From Dehalococcoidales bacterium (lineage in GTDB: Bacteria > Chloroflexota > Dehalococcoidia > Dehalococcoidales > BS750m-G39): a DNA stretch of 55,996 bases. Below the pieces are notes generated by a model, which was not told the DNA's origin, made no database searches, and was given only the letters and a program-made list of their open reading frames with translations. Position numbers and translations under genes: made by a program. The stretch spans positions 1 through 55,996 of the forward strand of contig JAGMCH010000044.1 in the NCBI GenBank assembly GCA_023129255.1, given 5' to 3'. Below are positions 42,495 through 52,304 of the stretch, one piece after another (positions within the stretch are counted from its first letter, which is position 1; each line of letters starts with the position of its first letter).

Positions 42495-43295
42495 CTAACC
42501 CCCTAACCTCTTGGCTTTATCATAGGCAGCCTTGACCGCCCGCTTAACCAGGTCGGTGAACCCCTCCTTTTCAAACTGAAGCAGAGCCTCAGCAGTGGTG
42601 CCACCGGGGGAGGTAACCTTTCTTCGCAGCTCAGCCGGCTCTTCGCCCGACTTCTGAATGAGGCGACCTGAGCCCAGCATGGTCTGCAACACCAACTCCC
42701 GAGCCATGTCTCGGGGAAGACCAATTTCTACCGCGGCATCAACCAGCGACTCCACGACCAGGAAGAAATAAGCCGGACCGCTGCCGCTCACCGCCGTCGC
42801 CATATCGATATACTTCTCGTCATCAACATAGAGCTCCCTGCCCATAGCGCCGAGGATAGCACCAACCAATCCCCTTTGCTGCTCGGTTACCTCAGGGGTA
42901 GCCGTCCACACGCTCATCCCCTCCCCAATCTGGGCCGGGGTATTGGGCATAACCCGAGCGATACAGCCGTGCTTCAATCCAAGACGCAAAGTACCGATTC
43001 TTGCCCCAGCGATAATGGACAGCACCAATTGCGTGGATTTGAGCTGACCGCCAAGCTCGGTCATTACCTCAGCCAGATTCAGCGGTTTAACCGCCAGAAC
43101 CACGACATCTTTTCCAGAAATAGCCTCTAAATTGCTCTCCGTTACCGCCACCCCATATTTTTGCTTTAGATACTTGAGCCGAGCCTGGCTAACATCGCTA
43201 GCCCAGACAGCCTCTGGCTTGGCTAAGCCTTTATCTAGAATAGCTGATACCATCGCCTCCCCCATAACCCCACCGCCGATAAATGCTATTTTCAT
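42495..43295 (-). CDS. proC: pyrroline-5-carboxylate reductase
   Basis: IAFIGGGVMGEA Rossmann motif, MPNTPA, and a C-terminal VTSPGGTT motif. Confidence 0.9.
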   Translation of the reverse strand: MKIAFIGGGVMGEAMVSAILDKGLAKPEAVWASDVSQARLKYLKQKYGVAVTESNLEAISGKDVVVLAVKPLNLAEVMTELGGQLKSTQLVLSIIAGARIGTLRLGLKHGCIARVMPNTPAQIGEGMSVWTATPEVTEQQRGLVGAILGAMGRELYVDDEKYIDMATAVSGSGPAYFFLVVESLVDAAVEIGLPRDMARELVLQTMLGSGRLIQKSGEEPAELRRKVTSPGGTTAEALLQFEKEGFTDLVKRAVKAAYDKAKRLGG

Positions 43296-43349
43296 AGAAC
43301 CTCACCCTTTAGGTATTTACTTAACACCCTATAATATACTATTTCTTTA

Positions 43350-44252
43350 TTATTCTAACCCATAGACCTGCTTCGGGGTAAGGTACTGGGGAAACCTGTC
43401 CAATAACTTCAAGCGAACGACATAGCAGAAATGACAGGCATCAACATACTTATCCTCATGCTCAACCTGGTATTCTTTAGCCAAGAGAGCGGGACCACCT
43501 CTGACCAAGGGACTACATATTGGGTGCGAACCAGCATCATAGTCCTTAACCATCTTCGATAGAGGTTTTCCCCATGCATTACCCATGCTTAGCCCCTGAC
43601 AGAGATGAACATTACCGTAAGGGTCAAGATGTACTCTCTTTGGAGATTCAAGGTCTTCATAAGGGCATTCGGTAAATTCTTGCCAATATCTTAGTGGAAG
43701 ACCGGCTATTAATTTCTCCACGGCTCTCCCTCTAAGCATAGTGCTGCCACCAATGACTGGCTCTCCTTTAGCCTGCTTTTCACCTGCACCTTTTGTAACC
43801 AAAGGCTTTTCAATGTGAATTTCGGCAACCGGCATGTTTAACTTCCTGGCCACGTTTCGGGCGCGTATGGCTGGATTTTCCCTTTCATCCTCATAATGAT
43901 ACGAGTCATTGCTTATGCTGAGGTCGGCGATTCCCAGCTTATAGAGAGGTTTCAGCCAGATCTCGATATCCTCCTCAGCGGTGGCAAAATAGGCATTAGT
44001 TACCACACCTACCTGGAACCCCATACCACGAGCCATCTTAATTCCCTCAAGCATTATGGGATAGTATAGAAATGGCTCGCCTCCTTCAAAGTATATCCGC
44101 TCTACCGTGCCAATTTTAATTGCTTCATCAAGAAGCTGCTGTATCTGGTTTAAAGTGAAAGTGCCCTGAGCTTTTGGACCGCTGTATAGGAAACAATGGT
44201 CACATTCCAAATTACACGTGTAAGTTATTAGAAAATGTAGCCCCGTCAACAT
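43350..44252 (-). CDS. radical SAM protein with a Cys-rich C-terminal region (function unknown)
   Basis: CNLECDHC (CxxxCxxC) at residues 13-20, and a GGEPFLY block. Five further Cys lie in the last 110 aa. AT-richer than the neighbours. Confidence 0.7.
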   Translation of the reverse strand: MLTGLHFLITYTCNLECDHCFLYSGPKAQGTFTLNQIQQLLDEAIKIGTVERIYFEGGEPFLYYPIMLEGIKMARGMGFQVGVVTNAYFATAEEDIEIWLKPLYKLGIADLSISNDSYHYEDERENPAIRARNVARKLNMPVAEIHIEKPLVTKGAGEKQAKGEPVIGGSTMLRGRAVEKLIAGLPLRYWQEFTECPYEDLESPKRVHLDPYGNVHLCQGLSMGNAWGKPLSKMVKDYDAGSHPICSPLVRGGPALLAKEYQVEHEDKYVDACHFCYVVRLKLLDRFPQYLTPKQVYGLE

Positions 44253-44277
44253 GGTACTCTCCTTTAAGCATACCTTA

Positions 44278-46737
44278 TTACCTGACCACCAGGTTTACCA
44301 GCCTGCCGGGGACATATATTGTCTTTAAGACCTTCTTGCCCCCGATATAAGACTTAACCCTTTGTCTATTCAATGCCGTATTCTTGGCTTCATCTTCAGT
44401 GATGGACGCCGGCACCACCATTCGGTCGCGCAGCTTGCCATTGACCTGGACCACCAGGGTGAGCTCTTCATCTTTAGCCAGTTCCTCATCCCACTTGGGC
44501 CAGCTCTGATTATGGATGCTATAGCCGTGACCCGTCTGCTGCCACAGCTCCTCAGCCAGATGGGGGGCGGTGGGGGCTAAAAGCAGGAGCAGGGTATCTG
44601 AAGCCTCCTTCCAGGCGGAAACACTGACCGCCCCTTCCTCCTTCTTGACTTTAGCCAGGTAGTTGGTAAACTCCATAAGGGCGGCTATCATGGTATTGAG
44701 GCGGAGTTTCTCCAGGTCTTGGGTAACCTTCCTGATAGTCTGGTGAGCGATGCGGGATAATGCCCGCTGCGCTTTCTGCTTCTCTTCAGAGCTAACTTCC
44801 ACACCTTGGTCATATCCCTCCAGCACCAGTCTCCACACCCGATTGAGCCAGCGGCTTATGCCGCTGATGCCACTATCATCCCACTCGCCACCCTGCTCCC
44901 AGGGGGCAACAAACATGAGATAGGCGCGCACAGCATCGGCACCCAGCTCAGAAACATACTCATCGGGGGTAATCACGTTGCCCCGCGATTTACTCATCTT
45001 CTGCCGCTCAACAATAATAACCCCCTGGTTAAACAGGCGGCTAAAAGGCTCGTCAAAGTCAACCAGCCCCATGTCCCGCAGCGCCTTAATAAAGAAGCGG
45101 GCATAAAAAAGATGCATGACGGCATGCTCAGCACCGCCGGTATACAGGTCTACCGGCAACCAATACTTCACCCGTTCAGCATCAAAGGCAGCATTATCAC
45201 AATCGGGGCTGGCATAGCGCAGGAAATACCACGAGGAACACATAAAGGTATCCATGGTGTCGGTCTCCCGCTTGGCTGGGGCTGAGCAGCGCGGGCAGGT
45301 GGTATTGACAAACTGCTCGTGATACTTTAACGGGGACTCGCCGGTGGGCTTAAACTCAGCGTCCTCGGGTAGCAATACCGGCAGGTCCTCCTCAGGGACG
45401 GGGACAATGCCGCAGTTTGGACAGTAAATCATAGGGATAGGCGCCCCCCAGTAGCGCTGGCGGGAGATAAGCCAGTCGCGGAGGCGGTAGGTTACGGCTC
45501 GCTTGCCCCAACCTTTCTCCTCCAGAAAATCAGAGACCGCCTCAATGCCCTGCTGGCTGGGCAGCCCGTTGAAATTTCCCGAATTGACCATAATGCCCGG
45601 CTCAGTATACGCCTCCTCCAGCTCTCCTCTCTGCCACCCCGGTGGGGCTACCACCACTCTAATCAGCAGGTTATACCTCTGGGCAAAGGCAAAATCACGC
45701 TCGTCATGGGCGGGCACTCCCATTACTGCCCCGGTGCCATAGCTTAAAAGCACATAGTCAGCAATCCAGATAGGGACCCTCTCACCATTAAGTCGGTTAG
45801 TCACATAAGCCCCGATAAATACCCCGTCCTTCTCCCTCTCCGCTGATAGCCTCTCTATCTCAGTCTGGCGGCGGGAGCGAGCCACGTATTCTTCAACCTC
45901 AGCCTTCTTCTCCGGCGAGGTGAGCTTATCTACCAGCGGGTGCTCCGGGGCTAAAACCATAAAGGTAACGCCAAAGGTGGTATCGGGGCGGGTGGTAAAG
46001 ACCCTCATTTCCTTTTCCTCCACGCCGGGGTGGTCAAGGGCGAAGGAAATCTCGGTGCCGGTGCTCTTACCCACCCAGTTCCTCTGCATTATCTTGATGC
46101 GCTCCGGCCAGTCAATACCATTGTGCTCCATAAGCTCATCGGCGTATTTGGTGATGCGGAAGAACCACTGCTCCAAATCTCGCCTGATGACCGCCGCCCC
46201 ACAGCGCTCACAAAAGCCATCCACCACCTGTTCATTAGCCAGCACTGTCTGGCAGCGGGGACACCAGTTGACCTGAGCCTTCCCCCGATAAGCCAGACCT
46301 TTCTCATATAGTTTCAAGAAGAACCACTGTGTCCACTTATAGTAGTCGGGCAGGCAGGTAATGACCTCACGGCTCCAGTCATAGATAGCGCCGATGCTCT
46401 TGAGCTGACGGCGCATATTGTCTACGTTCTGCATCGTCCAGACAAAGGGGTGAATGCCACGGCTGATAGCCGCATTCTCGGCGGGAAGCCCGAAGGCGTC
46501 AAAGCCCATGGGGTGGAGCACATTATAGCCCTGCATCCGCTTAAATCGGGCGTGAACATCGGAGGGAGCCATAGCATACCAGTGCCCGATGTGGAGGTCG
46601 CCCGAGGTATAGGGGAACATGGTCAGGGCATACCACTTGGGCTTGGCGCTAGTCTCGCTGACCCCATACAGCCAATCTTCAGCCCACCGCTGCTGCCACT
46701 TCTTCTCTATTTCCTGGGGATTATAACTAGCTGTCAT
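44278..46737 (-). CDS. leuS: leucine--tRNA ligase
   Basis: MTASYNPQEIEKKWQQRW N-terminus, HIGH motif (GDLHIGHW), KMSKS motif (KMSKSRGN). The ORF-track start at 46800 adds 21 unconserved residues that run into a repeat. Confidence 0.9.
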   Translation of the reverse strand: MTASYNPQEIEKKWQQRWAEDWLYGVSETSAKPKWYALTMFPYTSGDLHIGHWYAMAPSDVHARFKRMQGYNVLHPMGFDAFGLPAENAAISRGIHPFVWTMQNVDNMRRQLKSIGAIYDWSREVITCLPDYYKWTQWFFLKLYEKGLAYRGKAQVNWCPRCQTVLANEQVVDGFCERCGAAVIRRDLEQWFFRITKYADELMEHNGIDWPERIKIMQRNWVGKSTGTEISFALDHPGVEEKEMRVFTTRPDTTFGVTFMVLAPEHPLVDKLTSPEKKAEVEEYVARSRRQTEIERLSAEREKDGVFIGAYVTNRLNGERVPIWIADYVLLSYGTGAVMGVPAHDERDFAFAQRYNLLIRVVVAPPGWQRGELEEAYTEPGIMVNSGNFNGLPSQQGIEAVSDFLEEKGWGKRAVTYRLRDWLISRQRYWGAPIPMIYCPNCGIVPVPEEDLPVLLPEDAEFKPTGESPLKYHEQFVNTTCPRCSAPAKRETDTMDTFMCSSWYFLRYASPDCDNAAFDAERVKYWLPVDLYTGGAEHAVMHLFYARFFIKALRDMGLVDFDEPFSRLFNQGVIIVERQKMSKSRGNVITPDEYVSELGADAVRAYLMFVAPWEQGGEWDDSGISGISRWLNRVWRLVLEGYDQGVEVSSEEKQKAQRALSRIAHQTIRKVTQDLEKLRLNTMIAALMEFTNYLAKVKKEEGAVSVSAWKEASDTLLLLLAPTAPHLAEELWQQTGHGYSIHNQSWPKWDEELAKDEELTLVVQVNGKLRDRMVVPASITEDEAKNTALNRQRVKSYIGGKKVLKTIYVPGRLVNLVVR

Positions 46738-46792
46738 TCTACTGAAGGTAATTGTAACAAGATTGGCACTGGGGCGCAATCTTTGGGTCTTA

Positions 46793-46907
46793 CTTCCCAC
46801 CCTCCCACCCTAAAGGGGTTAGCACCCTCTTACACACTCCCTTAAAACAGGGGGTTAAGGACAAAGCCTTTGAGGGCGGGTTGGGTGGGAAAAAAACTTA
46901 ATGGGGG
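46793..46907 (+). repeat. complete G-type repeat unit bounded by inverted G4-type arms
   Basis: cttCCCACCCTCCCACCCtaaaggggttagcaccctcttacacactcccttaaaacagggggttaaggacaaagcctttgaGGGCGGGTTGGGTGGGaaaaaaacttaatggggg. It abuts the 3' end of tRNA-Ala. Confidence 0.85.
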
Positions 46908-46983
46908 TGGTGGAGCTGGGGGGATTCGAACCCCCTACCTTTTGACTGCCAGTCAAACGTTCTCCCAATTGAACTACAGCCCC
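46908..46983 (-). tRNA. tRNA-Ala (GGC)
   Basis: Hand-folded from the reverse complement: GGGGCTG acceptor with a G3-U70 pair, CTGGCAG anticodon loop, GGGGG/CCCCC T stem with TTCGAAT, and an encoded CCA. Confidence 0.9.
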
Positions 46984-47119
46984 ATAAAGACACTATCTAA
47001 TCTAGCAAAAAATGGCGGGGAGCGCAAGTCTAAAGTGAATACACCTGGCAGCTAACACTTGGCGCCAAAATTGACCTTTGGCAAAGCTGTCTTCCTTCCC
47101 CGAATCTTTCCCTGCTGAT

Positions 47120-47695
47120 TTAACCATGACAGGCTTCCACCTTCTTACCAGCTGACTTACCCCTCTGCCTGAGGTAGGTTATATTACCCTTCTGCCAGAC
47201 CCAGAGGTGGTGGCCTGGCGTAAGCCAGCCGGCAAAAGATTGCCTCGAGGGAGAAACAATAAAAACAGCCTCAGCTACCCTGTTGAGTTCGCCCAGGGCT
47301 TGCTTAGCATCATCAACGGTTGGCAGGTGTTCCAGCAGGTGACTGGCGAAAGCAGCCCCAAAGCTTTTATCCGAGAACGGAATATGAGTAACACTGGCAA
47401 TTACTCCCTTGGGGTGGTCCCAAAAGGCACGCGGGTTAATGTCAAAACAAACATCACCGCTACCATGAGCTGGTTTGTTGAGCCGGCGGCGAGTTTGGGT
47501 AACACCCCACGGTCCGCCGGCGACAAGGAGTTGCTTGCCTCTCTCTTTAGCATAAGTACAGGCTGCTTTATATTTTCTGTTTTTGTCTCGAGTTTCAACC
47601 ACCCAAACCGCCAGCTGCCAGCCTCCTACCCCGAGGAATATTCCCAAGCCTAAGAACAAGGCAAGGTACCCCATATCGCTCTCCTTATCCCCCAA
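47120..47695 (-). CDS. membrane-anchored class I SAM-dependent methyltransferase-like protein
   Basis: N-terminal TM helix, then LLVAGGPWG, GDVCFDINP and IPFSDKSFGAAFASHLLEHLP, which resemble Methyltransf_11 motifs I, II and post-III. Confidence 0.5.
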   Translation of the reverse strand: MGDKESDMGYLALFLGLGIFLGVGGWQLAVWVVETRDKNRKYKAACTYAKERGKQLLVAGGPWGVTQTRRRLNKPAHGSGDVCFDINPRAFWDHPKGVIASVTHIPFSDKSFGAAFASHLLEHLPTVDDAKQALGELNRVAEAVFIVSPSRQSFAGWLTPGHHLWVWQKGNITYLRQRGKSAGKKVEACHG

Positions 47696-48335
47696 AGAAC
47701 TGGAATAGTGAAGTCAGTCCAAAATAGCCGCAAAAGGCTATGAATAAGCTCTTAATTAAATTGCCGAGTAAGGAGAAAACAAAGAATTTGAGGGGCGGAA
47801 AACGGAGTGCCGCTATAGCAATAGTCATAGGTAAATGCAGGGGATTGAATAGAGCCGACATAAGAAAGACAGCCCATGAACCGTGTCGCTGGGCCCAGCC
47901 CATAGCTCTATTATAGAAGTTGCTACTAGTACTAACTTTAAGTTTGCGATAGAGACCGCTGCCTCCATAGCCAACCATGAAAGTGAGCAACTGGCCCGAA
48001 CTGGCACCTACGGCTGAGACCAGCCCTACCCATAGCGGCGCGAATACTCCCCACGTAGGAGCTAATATTGACGGCAAAGTGAAAACCAGAAGCCAATAGG
48101 GGACTGGTGTCGCCACAAAATTTACAATGCTCCCGGCGAGAAAGGCAAAAATAAAGACACCGAGAAGGCCATACTGCTCCATATATGCCCAGCCTATCAG
48201 GGTATCTCTATAGTAAATGACAGCCACACAAAGAGCGATGGTAACTACTATGGCGAGGACAGCTAAAAGAATTGCCTTTGTGTGCCGGTGTCGTTCAACT
48301 TCTTCGGGCTGAGATGGCTTAACTTCCTGGCTCAT
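47685..48335 (-). CDS. YqaA/DedA-like (VTT domain) membrane protein
   Basis: 216 aa, polytopic, with a pattern resembling the YqaA family. Overlaps the downstream gene by 11 nt. Confidence 0.45.
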   Translation of the reverse strand: MSQEVKPSQPEEVERHRHTKAILLAVLAIVVTIALCVAVIYYRDTLIGWAYMEQYGLLGVFIFAFLAGSIVNFVATPVPYWLLVFTLPSILAPTWGVFAPLWVGLVSAVGASSGQLLTFMVGYGGSGLYRKLKVSTSSNFYNRAMGWAQRHGSWAVFLMSALFNPLHLPMTIAIAALRFPPLKFFVFSLLGNLIKSLFIAFCGYFGLTSLFQFFGG

Positions 48336-48449
48336 GCTTTTAAGCTCCGCTTCACTGGTCTTACTCCTTAGTCGTTTTATACTTTACCACAACAAAAGTC
48401 GTTACCACAAAATGGGCTTTCCCTGCCTCAATCTGGTAACACCGAATTA

Positions 48450-50915
48450 CTAGCCTCTTGAGCGCTGCTTGACTGCCTCAGCCTCCTTAGCGGTAAAGGT
48501 TAAGCCCTTATCACCAAGGTCAACCGTAACCGTATCACCCTCGCCGAATTCACCGCTCAATAGCTTGGCTGACAGGGGATTCTCAACATACCGCTCAATG
48601 GCTCGTCTTAAGGGGCGAGCTCCATATACCGGGTCATAGCCTTCCTCGGCCAACCATGCTTTCGCCTTATCACTTAGCTCAATGTTCAGCTTACGGTCAG
48701 CCAGACGTTCCTGCAAATCCTTCACCAGCAAATCGACAATTTGCCTCAGCTGCTCCACGGTTAGCTGATGGAAAACTATTGTCTCATCTATGCGATTGAT
48801 GAACTCAGGGCGGAAGGTCTTCTTCATCTCGGCCAGTATCCTCTCCTTCATGGTGTCGTAGTCCAGTTTCTGACCCTTAGCCTCCCCCTTCTTGGTGGCG
48901 AAACCGATGCTCATCTGGCGCCTGATAAGCTCAGCACCGACATTGCTGGTCATAATGACCACCGTATTCTTAAAATCCACCGTGCGCCCGTGACCATCGG
49001 TAAGCCGCCCGTCATCAAGTATCTGGAGCAGGCTGTTAAATACCTCGGGGTGCGCCTTTTCCACCTCGTCCAGCAGAATCACCCGATAGGGGCGCCGTCT
49101 CACCGCCTCAGTAAGCTGTCCCCCCTCCTCATAGCCAACATATCCCGGTGGGGCGCCAATAAGGCGGGATACGGTGTGCCTCTCCTGATACTCCGACATA
49201 TCCAGGCGCACCATAGCATTCTCATCATCGAACAAAAACCGGGCTAGAGTTCGAGCCAGCTCGGTCTTGCCGACACCGGTGGGACCGAGGAAGATAAAGC
49301 TACCAATAGGTCGCCCTGGGTCCTTAAGCCCGGCTCGGCTCCGCCTGATCGCCTCACAAATGACAGTAACCGCTTCATCTTGATTTACCAGCCGTTCGTG
49401 AATCCGCTCCTCCATATGAAGTAGCTTCTCGGCTTCACCTTCCAGCATCTGGGATATCGGGATACCCGTCCACTTGGAGATTAGCTGGGCAATATCCTCA
49501 CCATCCACCACCCCATCAATCTTCTCTTCTTTAAGCCACTTGCTTTTAGCCTGGTTATACTCCTCCTCCAGTCGCAACCGCTCACTCTTAAGCTGGGCAC
49601 TACGCTCATATTCCTGCCTTTGTGAGGCTGCCTCCTCCTCATTGACTAACTGCTTAAGCTTCTGCTCCAAGGATTTAACCTCGGGCGGTGCGCTCTCAGT
49701 ATCAATGCGCAGCTTTGAGGCGGCCTCATCAATGAGGTCAATCGCCTTATCCGGCAGGTACCTATCTGAAATATAGCGCTGACTGAGCCTAGCCGCCGCC
49801 TCCAGAGCCTCATCCTCAATCTTAATCTTATGGTGCGCCTCATACCGGGGGCGGAGCCCCTTGAGCATCTCAATCGTCGCCTCAATGCTAGGCTCACTGA
49901 TGAATACCGGCTGAAGGCGCCGCTCCAGCGCCCTGTCCTTCTCAATGAACCTGCGGTATTCGTCCAGGGTGGTGGCTCCCACACACTGCAACTCGCCATG
50001 AGCTAGGGCAGGTTTGAGCATGTTGCTGGCATCAATTGCCCCCTCAGCCGCTCCAGCCCCGACTACAGTATGAAACTCATCAATGAACAAAATGATTTCG
50101 CCCTGTGCCTGCCGTACCTCATCCATTACCGCTTTAAGTCGCTCCTCAAACTCGCCGCGGAACTTGCTCCCCGCCACCAGCGACCCCATATCCAGAGCCA
50201 CTACCTTGCGCCCTTTGAGAGAATCAGGGACATCGTCAGCCACAATCTTTTGTGCCAGTCCCTCGGCAATAGCCGTTTTGCCCACCCCGGCATCGCCAAC
50301 AATCACCGGATTATTCTTGGTGCGCCGGGTAAGTATCTGCATCACCCGCTTAATCTCCTCATCCCGGCCAATAACCGGGTCAAGCTTGCCCTGGCCAGCC
50401 ATCTCGGTCAGGTCACGGCCGTACTTTGCCAGAGAACGGTATTTGCTCTCCGCCCTGGCATCGGTAACGCGGTGCCCGCCACGGAGCTTCTGCAGAGCCT
50501 GAAGTGCCTTCTCCCGGTCAATGCCAAAGCCCTTGAGAATTCTGGCGGCTTCACCCTTTTCTTCTTCAACTATAGCCAGCAACAGGTGTTCGGTGCTGAT
50601 GAACTCGTCCTTGAAGTCGTTTGCCTTATCATCAGCCCTCTTTACCAGTTGAGCAACACGCGGTGTAGCATAAATCTGCGTCGTCTCATAGGTAACCTTG
50701 GGCGTTTTCTGCAGAGCAGCTTCTACCTCACCTCGCACTGCGTCCACACTGGCGCCAAGTTCGGTTAAGATTTCCCCCACCAGCCCTTCCTCCTGCACCA
50801 GGAGGGCTAGCAGAATATGCTCCACATCCCATTGGCTATGTTTGAACTGCGTAGCTATCTGCTGGGAGGCAGCTAATGCCTCCTGCGCCTGTTCGGTAAA
50901 TCTTTCTTGCTTCAT
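48450..50915 (-). CDS. clpC: Clp/Hsp100 class I AAA+ chaperone, ClpC type
   Basis: Two Walker A motifs ([16 protein letters not shown]) and Clp_N repeats. The middle region is short and UVR-like (LEQKLKQL...[21 protein letters not shown]). An SIGF loop in D2 is like the ClpP-docking loop of ClpC, not ClpB. 821 aa. Confidence 0.8.
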   Translation of the reverse strand: MKQERFTEQAQEALAASQQIATQFKHSQWDVEHILLALLVQEEGLVGEILTELGASVDAVRGEVEAALQKTPKVTYETTQIYATPRVAQLVKRADDKANDFKDEFISTEHLLLAIVEEEKGEAARILKGFGIDREKALQALQKLRGGHRVTDARAESKYRSLAKYGRDLTEMAGQGKLDPVIGRDEEIKRVMQILTRRTKNNPVIVGDAGVGKTAIAEGLAQKIVADDVPDSLKGRKVVALDMGSLVAGSKFRGEFEERLKAVMDEVRQAQGEIILFIDEFHTVVGAGAAEGAIDASNMLKPALAHGELQCVGATTLDEYRRFIEKDRALERRLQPVFISEPSIEATIEMLKGLRPRYEAHHKIKIEDEALEAAARLSQRYISDRYLPDKAIDLIDEAASKLRIDTESAPPEVKSLEQKLKQLVNEEEAASQRQEYERSAQLKSERLRLEEEYNQAKSKWLKEEKIDGVVDGEDIAQLISKWTGIPISQMLEGEAEKLLHMEERIHERLVNQDEAVTVICEAIRRSRAGLKDPGRPIGSFIFLGPTGVGKTELARTLARFLFDDENAMVRLDMSEYQERHTVSRLIGAPPGYVGYEEGGQLTEAVRRRPYRVILLDEVEKAHPEVFNSLLQILDDGRLTDGHGRTVDFKNTVVIMTSNVGAELIRRQMSIGFATKKGEAKGQKLDYDTMKERILAEMKKTFRPEFINRIDETIVFHQLTVEQLRQIVDLLVKDLQERLADRKLNIELSDKAKAWLAEEGYDPVYGARPLRRAIERYVENPLSAKLLSGEFGEGDTVTVDLGDKGLTFTAKEAEAVKQRSRG

Positions 50916-50963
50916 AGCTTATATACCCTTACATCTTAATATATTATCAACGGCTAGACCAGC

Positions 50964-51296
50964 CTAACGCTCTGCCTGCTTTAAATCGTCTATCTCCGAT
51001 TCCAGCTCCTGCACCTGGTTTTGAAGTTCCAGCATTTGCTGCATTATCTTGATAATAACCTCCACCCCAGCCAGGTTAACCCCCATGTCATCCACCAGGG
51101 TCTTCACCCGTCTCAGGCGGGCTATATCCCCCTCCGAATATAGCCGGATATTGCCCCGAGACCGGGACGGCTCTATTATGCCAACCCGCTCATAGTAGCG
51201 CAAGGTGTAAGTCTGCACGCCCACCATTCTGGCGGCTATACTTATCACATAACGCGGTTCAGTATCACCAACATTCATAATAACCCTTCCTTTCAA
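50964..51296 (-). CDS. hspR: MerR-family heat-shock regulator HspR
   Basis: [43 protein letters not shown] helix-turn-helix, between a DnaJ-like gene and a Clp gene. The TTG at 51296 overlaps the cbpA TGA; an alternative ATG at 51278 has an AGGAAGG SD. Confidence 0.8.
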   Translation of the reverse strand: MKGRVIMNVGDTEPRYVISIAARMVGVQTYTLRYYERVGIIEPSRSRGNIRLYSEGDIARLRRVKTLVDDMGVNLAGVEVIIKIMQQMLELQNQVQELESEIDDLKQAER

Positions 51297-52189
51297 CTTA
51301 GCCGAAGCTCACCAAGCTGCCTAAAAAGCTCCTTCTCCTGCGGAGTCAGCTTGGTAGGTAATACCACCTTGACCTTAGCCAACAGGTCACCGCGGGTAGA
51401 ATTACCCAGATGGGGCATACCCTGCCCTTTAAGGCGAAAAGAACGCCCATTCTGAGTCTCTGGCGGAATCTTCAACGCCAGCTTGCCCTTAAGCGTGGGC
51501 ACCTGAACCTCGCCACCGAGCATGGCTACCACCAGTGGCACCGCCACCCCAACATACAGGTCATCGCCCCGCCGCTCAAACAAGCGGTGTGGCTTAACCG
51601 AAGTCACCAGGTAAAGGTCTCCTTTCACCCCACCATAACCCTCATCCCCTTTACCGACAAGGCGAACCCGAGAGCCATCCTTAACTCCGGGCGGAATCTT
51701 GACCTCAAGACGTTTGCCATCGGCCAGTCCAATAGTGCGGGTTGCCCCGTGATAGGCTTCTTCCAGAGTTACTTCCACCGGAAATTCCATATCTCGACCC
51801 CGCCTTGGCTGAACCCGACGGCCGGAAGCTCCGGTGGTAAAACCACGGAGCAAATCATCAAACAGGCTGTCAAAACCACCCTGGCTAAAGTGAATCCTGG
51901 TGCCGCCCCGGCTGAAATCCCAGCCTGGCGCCTGCTGCCCCCCCGCCTGGGCAAACTGGTCAGCATACTGCCACTGGTCGCCAAACTGGTCATACTTCTG
52001 CCGTTTCTCCTTGTCGGACAGAACTTCGAATGCCTCGTTTATCTGCTTAAACCTTGCCTCTGCCGACTTGTCGCCGGGATTAACGTCAGGGTGATACTGG
52101 CGCGCCAGCCGCCGGTAAGCCTGCTTTATCTCACGCTCACTGGCACCCCGACTGACCCCTAATATCTTGTAGTAATCCTTGCCTGCCAT
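51293..52189 (-). CDS. cbpA: DnaJ-class co-chaperone lacking the zinc finger (CbpA type)
   Basis: J domain [33 protein letters not shown], a G/F-like linker, two C-terminal beta domains, and no CxxCxGxG repeats. Confidence 0.85.
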   Translation of the reverse strand: MAGKDYYKILGVSRGASEREIKQAYRRLARQYHPDVNPGDKSAEARFKQINEAFEVLSDKEKRQKYDQFGDQWQYADQFAQAGGQQAPGWDFSRGGTRIHFSQGGFDSLFDDLLRGFTTGASGRRVQPRRGRDMEFPVEVTLEEAYHGATRTIGLADGKRLEVKIPPGVKDGSRVRLVGKGDEGYGGVKGDLYLVTSVKPHRLFERRGDDLYVGVAVPLVVAMLGGEVQVPTLKGKLALKIPPETQNGRSFRLKGQGMPHLGNSTRGDLLAKVKVVLPTKLTPQEKELFRQLGELRLS

Positions 52190-52213
52190 CTTCCTTACCT
52201 ATACACACAGACC

Positions 52214-52242
52214 ATTGTAAACCATTTTATAAAATATGTCAA
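52214..52242 (-). promoter_or_regulatory. near-consensus sigma70 promoter (TTGACA-17-TACAAT) of the cbpA-hspR-clpC operon
   Basis: On the minus strand, ttgaca at 52242..52237 and tacaat at 52219..52214. The spacer contains the 12-bp palindrome ATTTTATAAAAT. The ATG lies 25 nt downstream of the -10. Confidence 0.6.
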
Positions 52243-52304
52243 TAGTTTGCGAGGAAAGTTAATAAAATTTTCTAAACTGCCAGGGGGTGGAGCGGAGTAA
52301 CTTC

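Noticed and set aside
46738-46800. 21-codon N-terminal extension of leuS from the ATG at 46800.
   Set aside because: The conserved LeuRS N-terminus begins at the Met encoded at 46737. The extension is unconserved and abuts the C-tract arm of a repeat.
46870-47055. 61-aa ORF overlapping tRNA-Ala.
   Set aside because: It is antisense to a clean tRNA cloverleaf and begins inside a repeat arm.
52190-52304. A canonical HAIR (CTTGAGT-N7-ACTCAAG) HspR operator.
   Set aside because: No match was found by eye on either strand. Only an AT palindrome in the promoter spacer is present, and that is reported separately as a low-confidence candidate.
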